Below are positions 11,308-20,859 of a DNA stretch of 40,025 bases, piece after piece. The notes below the pieces were generated by a model. The model had not been told where the DNA came from. It was given only the letters and a program-made list of their open reading frames with translations, and did no database searches. Position 1 is the stretch's first letter, and the number at the start of each line of letters is the position of its first letter. The stretch is from Hypanus sabinus (lineage: Eukaryota). Where the stretch lies: the NCBI RefSeq assembly GCF_030144855.1, contig NW_026779444.1, positions 62,001-102,025 of the forward strand, in the 5' to 3' direction. A program made the translations under genes and the position numbers.

Positions 11308-13756
11308 CGATGATCTTTGCATCATCAGTGGGGATGGAAGAGGTTCCGGAGTATTGGAGGGTTGCGGATGTTGTTCCTTTATTCAAGAAAGGGAGTAGAG
11401 ATAGCCCGGGAAGTTATAGACCAGTGAGTCTTACCTCAGTTGTTGGAAAGCTGATGGAGAAGATCCTGAGAGGCAGGATTTATGTACATTTGGAGAGATA
11501 TAATATGATTAGGAGTAGTCAGCATGGCTTTGTCAAGGACAGGTCTTGCTTTACGAGCCTGATTAGAATTTTTTGAGGATGTGACTAAACACATTTTTGC
11601 AGGAAGAGCAGTAGATGTAGTGTATATGGATTTCAGCAAGGCATTTGATAAGGTACCCATTGCAAGGCTTATTGAGAAAGTAAGGAGGCATGGGATCCAA
11701 GGGAACATTGCTTTGTGAATGGAGAATTGGCTTGCCCACAGAAAGCAAAGAGTGGTTCTAGACGGGTCATAATCTGCATGGAGGTCGATGACAAGTGGTG
11801 TGCCTCGGGGATCTGCTCTGCGACCCCTACTCTTTGTGATTTTTATAAATGACCTGGATGAAGAATTGTAGGAATGGGTTAGTAAGTTTGCTGATGACAC
11901 AAGGTTGGGTGTATTATGGATAGTGTGGAGGGCTGTTAGAGGCTACAGCAGGACATCAATAAAATGCAAAACTGGGCTGAGAAGTGGCAGATGTAGTTCA
12001 ACCCAGATAAGTGTGAGGTGGTTCATTTTGGTAGGTCAAATATGATGGCGGAATATAGTATTAATGCTAAGACTCTTGGCAGTGTGGAGGATCAGAGGGA
12101 TCTTGGGGTCTGAGTCCATAGGAAGCTCAAATCAGCTGCGCAGGTTGACTCTGTGGTTAAGAAGGCGTACGGTGTATTGGCCTTCATCAATCATGGAATT
12201 GAATTGGAATTGAATTTTAATCATGGAATTGGATTAAAAGTAACATTAGCAAATTTGCTGATGACAGAAAGTTGGGTGGCAGTGTGAAATGTCAGGAAGA
12301 TGTTATGAGAATGCAGGGTGACTTGGACAGGTTGGGTGAGTGGGCAAATGAATGGCAGATGCAGTTTAATGTGGATAAGTGTGAGGTTATCCACTTTGGT
12401 GGCAAGAACAGGAAGGCAGATTACTATCTAAATGGGGTCAAGTTAGGAAAAGGGGAAGCACAACGAGATCTAGGTGTTCTTGTACATGAGTCAATGAAAG
12501 CAAGCATGCAGGTACAGCAGTCAGTGAAGAAAGCTAATGGCATACTGGCCTTTGTAACAAGAGGAATTGAGTATAGGAGTAAAGAGGTCCTTCTGCAGCT
12601 GTACAGGGCCCTGGTGAGACCCCACCTGGAGTGTTGTGTGCAGTTTTGGTCTCCAAATTTGAGGAAGGACATTCTTGCTATTGAGGGAGTGCAGCGTAGG
12701 TTCACAAGGTTAATTCCCGGAATGGCAGGACTGTGATATGTTGAATGATTGGAGCGACTGGGCTTGTATACACTGGAATTTAGAAGGATGAGAGGGGATC
12801 TGATTGAAACATATAAGATTATTAAGGGATTGGACACACTGGAGGCAGGAAGTATGTTCCCACTGATGGGTGAGTCCAGAACTAGAGGCCACAGTTAAAG
12901 AATAAGGGGTAGACCTTTTAGAACTGAGATGTGGAAAAACTTTTTCACCCAGAAAGTGGTGGATATGTGGAATGCTCTGCCCCAGAAGGCAGTGGAGGCC
13001 AAGTCTCTGGATGCATTCAAGAGAGAGTTAAATAGAGCCTTTATAGATCTTATAGATAGGCAGGAATGGGGTACTGATTGTGTACGATCAGCTATGATCA
13101 CAGTGAATGGCGGAGCTGGCTATAAGTGCCGAATGGCCTACTCCTGCACCTATTGCCTATTTTCTAATGAATTTCGGAGCCGAGAGGTAATGTTGCAGCT
13201 ATATAGGACCCTGGGGTCAGACCTCACTTGGAGTACTGTGCACAGTTCTGATCACCTCACTACAGGACGGATGTGGAAGCCATAGAAATGCTGCAGCGGA
13301 GATTTATAAGATTCTTACCTGGATTGGGGAGCATGCCTTATGAGAATAGGTTGAGTGAACTCGGCCTTTTCTCCTTGGAGCGACGGAGGATGAGAGGTGA
13401 CCTGATAGAGGTGTTTAAGATGATGAGAGGCATTGATCATGTGGATAGTCAGAGGCTTTTTCCCAGGGCTGAAATGGTTGTGACAAGAGGACACAGGTTT
13501 AAAGTGCTGGGGAGTAGGTACAGAGGAGATGTCAGGGGTAAGTTTTTTATTCAGAGAGTGGTGAGTGTGTGGAATGGGCTTCCGGCAACGGTGGTGGAGG
13601 CAGATACAATAGGGTCTTTTAGGAGACTTTTAGATAGGTACACGGAGCTTAGTTGAATAGAGGGCTGCAGGCAAGTCGAGTAATTTCTGAGGTAGTGACA
13701 TGTTCAGCACAACTTTGTGGGCTGAAGGGTCTGTATTGTGCTGTAGGACTTCTATT
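11308..13756 (+). mobile_element. 5'-truncated CR1 LINE (family A) inserted in the Gypsy 5' LTR, itself interrupted
   Basis: RT fragments (YRPVSLTSVVGKLMEKI, QHGFVK), C-terminal ORF 13273..13656 and 3' UTR ending ...gtaggacttctatt. Confidence 0.9.
12231..13167 (+). mobile_element. 5'-truncated CR1 LINE (family B) nested in the family A copy
   Basis: ORF 12272..12736 and tail ctcctgcacctattgcctat. Family A sequence stops at ggaattgaatt (about 12205) and resumes at tgaatttcggagccgag (13168). Confidence 0.88.
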
Positions 13757-14019
13757 GAGTTAGGATGCAGACGTGGATGTGAACGCTGGACAGCAAACAG
13801 GAAGAACATTGATACGGAGCCTGGACACTGAGACTTGACACAGAGACTTGACTTGGAGATTTGACACAGAGACTTGACTCAGAGAGACGGAGTCTCACAG
13901 GTAAACCTTGAAACTGGAGCTGAACTTAGAACAAATGGTTCTAAGCGGTTGGAAAACGTTCGTTATCACACAGGAAAAAGACCAACGATCTGGCAACTGG
14001 GGTTTGTAACACTGGGGTT

Positions 14020-14025
14020 CTTATA
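14020..14025 (-). promoter_or_regulatory. Probable LTR TATA box (TATAAG)
   Basis: Its first T lies 31 nt upstream of GCCAGATCGTT on the element strand; the 3' LTR has TACAAG at 6796-6801. Confidence 0.6.
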
Positions 14026-14160
14026 CTGCAGGTCCTGATGGAAACCAGGTGTGCCGTCATCAAAGAAAATTAGAAGCAATTGAGCAATTAACGGTCAGAA
14101 CCATGGAACAATCAAAGAAAATTAGAGGAAACTAGGGAATAAACGATCAGGACAGTGACA

Positions 14161-14475
14161 ATTCTTGGACAACTACCACGACTTCAGGATTGAAGGACGC
14201 CCATTTAGAACAGAGATGTGGAGAAATTATTTTAGTCAGAGGGTGATAAACCTGTGGAATTTGTTGCCACAGGTGGCTGTGGAAGCCAAGTCATGGGGTG
14301 CATTTAAAGGCAGAGATAGATAGGTTGTTGATTAGCCAGGGCATCAAAGGGTATGGGGAGAAGGCAGGGGAGTGGGGATGACTGGAAGAATTGGATCTGC
14401 CCATGATTGAATGGCAGAATGGACTCAATGGGCAAAATGGCCTACTTTTGCTCCAATATTCTGTGGTCTTATGGA
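14161..14475 (+). mobile_element. CR1 LINE (family C), 3' part
   Basis: Continues the 5537-6517 copy across the TSD (...FRIEGRPFRTEMWRNYFSQRV) into the 3' UTR. Confidence 0.88.
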
Positions 14476-14767
14476 CCACTGACAATAGGCAGGCAATCTC
14501 TGAAATGCATTGGTAATGGCTGCCATCACCCATCTTGCTGCCTGGCCTGCTGAGTTCCTCCAGCATTTTGTGTGTGTTCATCATGGTTACGAGACTGTGA
14601 TTGCCCACATCACACAACACAGCACATACCGATGATGATGATTGCAATGTACTGCTGCACAAAACACAAGCCGGTGAAATTATCCTAATCCCGATTGTGA
14701 TTCTGCAGAATGTCAGGGGGAGGAGGCAGACAGGACACGATTACAGGGCTCAACCTGTCACATGGAT

Positions 14768-15245
14768 CAAGACAGAAGCCAACCCCCCACCATGGATTCT
14801 GTCTACACTTCTCACCGTCTCTGTGAAACAGAATGCAAAATCAGAGACCCTCCCATCCACCCTGGACATTCTCTCTTCGGCCCTCTCCCACTGGGCAGAA
14901 GGTACAACAGCCTGGATGCACGGACCACCAGGCTGAAGGACAGCTTTTATCCTACAGTTATAACTACGGAGTTGTCCCCCAGTACGATAAGATGGACTCT
15001 CCACCTCATTATTTATTTGTTTATTCATTTAGAGATACAGCACGGAACAGGCCCTTCCGACCCAACGAGCCACACCACCCAGAAACCCACCTATTGAACC
15101 CACGATGATTTACAATGACCAATTAACCGACGAGCCGGTCCATCCTTAGACTGTGGGAGGAAACCGGAGCACCCGGAGGAAACCCACACGGTCACAGGGA
15201 GAACGTACAAACTCCTTACAGACGGTGCAGGAATTGAACTCCAAA
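14768..15245. mobile_element. Composite Rex1-type 3' end (+) joined to a V-SINE-like element (-), copy 2
   Basis: Colinear with 2093-2572 including the LINE/SINE junction. Confidence 0.8.
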
Positions 15246-15264
15246 CTCCAACACCCATCTTGTC

Positions 15265-18085
15265 TTTATATCTGGTGAACTGAGACAATGGAGATGCCTG
15301 GCAGGATAGTGGAATTCTCCTCTTGTGGGATGTGGGAAGGCAGGGAGACCTCCAGTGTCCCCGACGACTACAACTGTGAGAAGTGGATCCAGCTGCAGCT
15401 TCTAACCATCCGCGTGAAGGAGTCGGAGCTGGAACTGGATGAACTCCAGATCATCCGGGCAGATGAGAGGGTGATGGATAGGTCACACAGAGAGGCAGTT
15501 ACACCCAAGGTGCAGGAGAGTACCCCTGTGGCCATCCCCTTCAAAGTGGTATACTGTCAGGGGGAGAGGAGTGGGTGGAGAGGAATGACCTAACAGAGGA
15601 AAGTCACAGTGGTTGGGTCTCTGGCACTGAGTCAGCCTCTGTGACTCAGAAGGGAAGGGGGGGGGGAGAAGAGGCACACTGTGGTAATGGGGGATTCATT
15701 AGGGGAACGGACAGGATGTTCTGTGGTGAGAACAAGATTCCTGGATGGTACTTTACCTCCTGGGAGCCAGGGTCCGGGATATCTCAGATCGGGTCCTCAG
15801 CATTCTGGAGTGGGAGGATGAGTTGCCAGAGGTCGTGAAGCATGTAGGTGCCAATGACATGGGTAGGATGAGTGACGAGGTTCTGCATGGGGAGTCAGGT
15901 TTTAAGTTGAAGGGCAGGAACTCCAGGGTTGTGATCTCAAGATTGCTACCTGTGCCACATGCTACTGAGGCTAGAGCTAGGAAGATTATACAGTTCAATA
16001 CGTGGCTAAGGATTTGGTGCAGGAGGAAGGGCATAAGATGTTTGGATCATTGGGCTCTCTTCCATGAAAGTGGACCTGTACAGAAGGGACCGTTTGCACC
16101 TGAACTGGAGGGGGATTAATATCCCTGTGGGAAGGTTTGTTAACACTGTATGGTGGGTTTAAACTGGAGTTGCAGGGGATGGGAACCAGAGTGCCAGAAC
16201 AGTTAGTGGAGAGGTTGTGGAGGCAGATGTTGATAAAACCTCAGACAAAGATAGATTGAGCAGGGTGTGACTTGTGTCCTGAGCTGAGTATATGTTGCAT
16301 CATTGTGGAAAGAGCTAAGGAACTGCAAATGTCATAAGACCCTGATGGAAATTGTATACAGACCCCCTGAACAGTAGTAAGGATGTGGTCTTCAAATTAC
16401 AACGGGAGAAAGAAAATGCATGTTACAATAATCACGGGAAATTTCAATGTGCTGGGAGATTGGGAAAATCAGCTTGGTGCTGGATTACAGGAGGAAAGTC
16501 TAGAGACTTAGGGGAAAGTGAAAGCTTTTAAAAATCAACAGAAGGCAACTAAAATGACATTATGAAGGTAAAGATGAAATATGAAAGTAAGCTAGCCAAT
16601 AATATTAAAGAATATACCAAAAGTTTCTTCAGATATTTGAAGTGTAAAGGAGAGGCGAGAGTGGATATTGGACCACTGCAAAATGATGCAGAGGAGGTGG
16701 TAATGAGGGACAATGAAATGGCGGATGAACTGAATTAGTATTTTGCGTCAGTCTTCACTCAGAAGATGGTATCAGTATGGTGGAAGTTCCAGGAGCCAGG
16801 GGTCATGAAGTGTGTGAAGTTACCATTACTAGAGAGAAGGTTCTTGCGAAACTGAAAAATCTGAAGGTAGATAAATCACCTGGACCCGATGCTGTACCTC
16901 CCAGGGTACTGAAAGGGGTGGCTGAAGGGATTGGGGAGGCGTTACTAATGATCTTTCAAGATTCACTAGATTCTGGAATGGTTCTGGAAGACGGGAAAAT
17001 TGCAAATGTCTCTCCAATATTCAAGAAGGGAGAGAGACAGAAGAAAGGAAACTATAGGCGAGTTAGTCTGATCTCAGTGGTTGGGAAGATGTTGGAGCTG
17101 ATTATTAAGGATGTGGTCTCACATCCTTAATACTTGGAGGCACAAGATAAAATGGGCTGTAGTCAGCATGGTTTCCTTAAGGGAAAATCTTGCCTGACAA
17201 ATCTGTTGGAATTCTTTGAAGAACTCACAAGCAGGATAGACAAAGGAGAATTAGTGAATGTTGTGAATTGGATTTCCAGAAGCTCTTTGACAAGGTGCCA
17301 CACGTGAGGCTGCTTTACAGGTGATGAGCCCATGGTATTCCAGGAAAGATACTCACTTGGATAAAGCAGGGGCTGACTGGCAGGAGACAAAGAGTGGGAA
17401 TAAAGGGAGCCCTTTCTGGCTGGCAGCCGGTGACTAGTGGTTTTCGACAGGGGTCTGTGTAGGGACCGATTCTTTTTACGTGATGTGTCAATGACTTGGA
17501 TAATGAAATTGATGGCTTTGTTGCAAAGTTTGCAGACAATATGAAGATATGAGGGGCAGGTAGTTTTGAGGAGGTAGAGAGGCTGCAGAAGGACTGAGAC
17601 AGATGAGGAGAATGGGCAAAGAAATAGCAGATGGAATAGTGTTGGGAAGTGTATGGTCATGCACTTTGGTAAAAGAAATGAAAGGATTGACTATTTTTTA
17701 AATGGAGAGAAGATACAAAAAAACTGAGGCAGAAAGTGATTTGGAAATGCTTGTGCAGGGTTCCCTAAAGGCTAACTTTCAGGTTGAGTCTGCGGTGAGC
17801 AAGGCAAATGCAATGTTCGCATTCATTTCAAGAGGAGAATATAAAAGCAAGGATGTTTTCACTAGAATTCAAAAGAATGAGGTGATTCCTTATTGAAACC
17901 TTTTGAATGGTGAAAGGCCTTGATGGAGTGGATGTGGAGAGGATGTTTCCTATGGTGGGAGAGTCTAAGACCAGAGGACACAAGCTCAGAATCAAGATGC
18001 ATACTTTTAGAACAGAGATGAGGAGCAATTTCTTTAGCCAGAGAATGGTGAATCAGTGGAATTCTTTGCCATAGACAGCTGTGAA
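15265..18085 (+). mobile_element. Long decayed CR1 copy with ORF1 remnant (SGNH/GDSL esterase-like) and ORF2 remnants
   Basis: GDSFIRGTDRMFC and VVKHVGANDMG esterase-like blocks (15690-15870), then endonuclease/RT fragments (LKVDKSPGPD, NYRRVSLISVVGKML, QHGFLKG) with deletions. Confidence 0.8.
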
Positions 18086-18169
18086 GTCACAGTAAGTTAG
18101 TTACAATAAGAAATATCTAAAAATGAAAAAGGAGTGTAAAAGGAGAGCAAAATGGATGTAGTGTTCACA

Positions 18170-18330
18170 GACAGTTCATAAATCTGATGGTGGAGGGAAG
18201 AAGCTGTTCCTGAAACATTGAATGTGAGTCTTCAGGCTCCTGTACCTCCTCCCTGATATTAGCAATGAGAAGAGGACGTGTCCTGGGTGGAGGGGGTCTG
18301 TGATGATGAATGACGCCCATTTTAAAAGAC
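18170..18330 (-). mobile_element. Rex1/L2-type LINE 3' remnant
   Basis: Reverse strand reads ...RRYRSLKTH...FRNSFFP. Confidence 0.55.
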
Positions 18331-18693
18331 AGTGGGACAGGTACTGTTCATGGATAGAATCACAAGCAAGAGAATTATCACAGAACTATTTTGTGAAATT
18401 TGTCGTTTTGTGGCAGCAGTGAAGTGTAGGAAATAAAAATTACCACAAGATACAAAATTAAATGAATAAATAGTATGAAATAGGAATGAGTTGGAAGGTT
18501 ATGGGCCAAACGCTTGCAAATAGGACCTTGGATGATGACCTTGGTCAGTATGGACCATCGGGCCGAAGGGTCTGTTGGGCTGTACAGTGTGTCTCCACAA
18601 CTCAGGTATCGAGCGGGAGAAAACCCCTAGGGCACAGTGAAAATGGAAGCACTGTACTGAGGTCTGGTGTTAAAGCTGCTCTCTGTCTCACAG

Positions 18694-18783
18694 CCAACTC
18701 AAACCCTCTCATTTACGTGCTGGTCGTTCTGGTTCTCCTGCTCCTAGTCTGTGTCCTCCTGGCAGTCTCCTGGAAGAAGAAAG
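18694..18783 (+). CDS. Transmembrane exon (phase 1-1), no charged residue in the membrane span
   Basis: Acceptor ctctgtctcacag|CC and donor AAAG|gtgagc. Encodes (A)NSNPLIYVLVVLVLLLLVCVLLAVSWKKK: a hydrophobic run followed by a KKK stop-transfer; phase matches the V exon. Confidence 0.85.
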
Positions 18784-18841
18784 GTGAGCGGAGAACTGGC
18801 TGGCAAGTGAAGATGACTGTTCCTCTCCATGAAGGAGAGTG

Positions 18842-19272
18842 GCTGATGGGGGGAGAGTCGGTGGACTGTGGGAGGGGATTCAGTGGGTGATGGGGGAGAG
18901 TTGGTGGACTGTGGGAGGGGATTCAGTGGGTGATGGGGAGAGTTGGTGGACTGTGGGAGGGGATTCAGTGGGTGATGGGGAGAGTTGGTGGACTGTGGGA
19001 GGGGATTCAGTGGCTGATGGGGAGAGTTGGTGGACTGTGGGAGGGGATTCAGTGGCTGATGGGGAGAGTCGGTGGGTTGTGGGAGGGGATTCAGTGGGTG
19101 ATGGGAGAGAGTCATTGGGCTGTGGGAGGGGATTCAGTGGGTGATGGGGGAGAGTCAGTGAGCTGTGGGAGGGGATTCAGTGGGTGATGGGGGGAGAGTC
19201 ATTGGGCTGTGGGAGGGGATTCAGTGGGTGTGGGGAGAGTGTCTGTGGGATGTGAGAGGGGATTCAGTGGTG
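18842..19272. repeat. G-rich minisatellite, 10 units of 42-44 bp
   Basis: Unit gggtgatggggagagttggtggactgtgggaggggattcagt; attcagt recurs at 18878, 18921, 18963, 19005, 19047, 19089, 19132, 19175, 19219 and 19262. Confidence 0.95.
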
Positions 19273-19384
19273 GGAGTGGGAAGAGTTCCTTTTGTCTACG
19301 AACCTTTCGTACTCTGCTCTTTTTGGTGCACAACACGGATTTCAGTTTTTAAGTACAATAATGATCGTCTTTTTATTTCTTCAG

Positions 19385-19424
19385 TTCACGTCTGGCTGAT
19401 GTGTTTTATCAGAGGTACGAAAAG
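19385..19424 (+). CDS. Probable juxtamembrane cytoplasmic exon 1 (phase 1-2)
   Basis: Acceptor ttttatttcttcag| and strong donor AAAG|gtaagg; reads (V)HVWLMCFIRGTK(R). An in-frame alternative acceptor lies at 19345/19346. Confidence 0.55.
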
Positions 19425-19469
19425 GTAAGGTGAATCGATACAGAGACCAGGCTGGGGTTGAATGGGAGG

Positions 19470-19860
19470 TCTGTCACCCACAGGTCGAGCACAGCGTTGT
19501 TCAGAGATCTGATTAGTCACTGGAGGCCTGTGACTAGTGGAGTCCGACAGGGATCGGTGCTGGGTCCACTGTTTGTCATCTCTATCAATCATCTGGATGA
19601 TAATGCGATTAACTGGATCAGCAAATTTGCAGATCATGGGTTAAGGGTAAAAGGTGAGAAGTTTAAGGGGAACATAAGGGAAACGTCTTCACTCAGAGGG
19701 TGGTGAGAGTGTGGAACGAGCTGCCAGCACAAGTGGTGCATGTGGGTTCAATTTCAATTGAAGGGCTTTGGTTCAGATGCAGTTCGATGGGACGAGGCAG
19801 ATTACTGGTTCAGCATGGGCTCGAAGGGCCAAAGGGTCTGTTTCTGTGGTGTACTGTTCC
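19470..19860 (+). mobile_element. Internally deleted CR1 fragment
   Basis: WRPVTSGVRQGSVLGPL...ISKFAD joined directly to 3'-end sequence (KVKGEKFKGN). Confidence 0.75.
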
Positions 19861-20039
19861 TTGACTCCATGACTATCAGCTTTATTTGTCACAGGCATGT
19901 CGAAACATACAGTGAATGTGTCATTTGTGTCAATAACCAACACAGTCTGAGATTGCGCTGGGGGCAGTCGGCAAGTGTTGTCATGCTTCCAACGCCAACA
20001 TAACATGCCCACAACTTACTGACCCTAACCTGTATGATT

Positions 20040-20175
20040 TTGGACTGTGGGAGGAAACCGGAGCACCCGGAGGAAACCCACAGGACAGGCACTCAGGATG
20101 GAACATAAAACTTGCTTACAGGATGCCAGAATTGAACTCTGAACTCTGACACCCCGAGCTGTAACAGCGTATCTT
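20040..20175 (-). mobile_element. V-SINE-like fragment
   Basis: tgtgggaggaaaccggagcacccggaggaaaccca core and gaattgaac B-box complement. Confidence 0.7.
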
Positions 20176-20396
20176 CACAACCCTGTCTAGCTGTGACACC
20201 ACTTTCAGGGAATTAAAGGTCTGTGTTCCCTCATTGCTCTGTCCTGCCACACTCCTCAGAACCTGAGGTCTTGCATTTTGTCATATTAAATTAAACCTGA
20301 TCTGCTGTTCCTTGGCCCACTGGGTCCGTTGTAATCTTGGATAACCACAACTGGGAACATGCTGTGATTTCATGATATCGGTTCTTTTCTCAACAG

Positions 20397-20449
20397 GAAT
20401 GCTCCACGTTTGACCCGATCGGAGCAGGAACAGAAGCCGCCTCAGTCAG
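20397..20449 (+). CDS. Probable cytoplasmic exon 2 (phase 2-1)
   Basis: Acceptor ttcttttctcaacag|G and weaker donor TCAG|gtactg; reads NAPRLTRSEQEQKPPQS. It is open in the phase supplied by 19385-19424 and restores phase 1 for the next exon. Confidence 0.5.
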
Positions 20450-20584
20450 GTACTGAGCTGACAGCGCAAGGGGGTGAACCAGTCACGGCTCCCAGGGGAA
20501 TGATCAATAACAAATCTAGAACAGGCAGGGAGCTCCACCAGCCGAGGAAAGAGCAGAGCAGCTTCGGATTCACTGGAACGTAGT

Positions 20585-20855
20585 GCAGTGCAGCACAGAA
20601 CAGGCCCTTCAGCCCACCATGTTGTGCTGACCCTTAAACCCTGCCTCCCACATATCCTGCTATCTTAAATTCCTCCATATACCTGTCTAGTAAACTTCAC
20701 TAATGTATCTGCCTCCACCACTGACTCAGGCAGTGCATTCCACGCACCAACCACTCTCTGAGTAAAAAACCTCCCTCTAATATCCCCCTTGAACTTTCCT
20801 CTCCTTACCTTAAAGCCATGTCCTCTTGTACTGAGCAGTGGTGCCCTGGGGAAGA
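20585..20855 (-). mobile_element. CR1 3' fragment, inverted relative to the adjoining copy
   Basis: Reverse complement of a CR1 3' end and UTR (acagaacaggcccttcagccc...gcattccacgcaccaaccactctctg). Confidence 0.75.
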
Positions 20856-20859
20856 GGTT

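Larger units (their letters stand above)
6518..14160 (-). mobile_element. Decayed Ty3/Gypsy LTR retrotransposon, Tf1/sushi-type chromovirus, with both LTRs and a 5-bp TSD
   Basis: TSD ATTCT at 6513-6517 and 14161-14165; ends TGT...ACA. Minus-strand fragments in the order gag (MDPVD start near 11235, degenerate zinc knuckle YLYCSQSGHFCATC), protease DSG (9912..10103), RT ([19 protein letters not shown]), RNase H (WTDHKNL), integrase ([26 protein letters not shown]) and chromodomain-like YLDD*EGYGP. Many stops and frameshifts. Confidence 0.93.
11252..14160 (-). repeat. 5' LTR of the Gypsy element, split into 11252-11306 and 13758-14160 by a CR1 insertion
   Basis: tgttgcaatggaacgtggc...gcatgg matches the start of the other LTR, and agttagg...cagtgaca matches the rest. 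It carries extra copies of a ttgacacagagac sub-repeat. Confidence 0.88.

Noticed and set aside
18744-19428. Several repetitive ORFs (HQPLNPLPQS..., GESWWTVGGDSV...)
   Set aside because: Artefacts of the 42-44-bp minisatellite.
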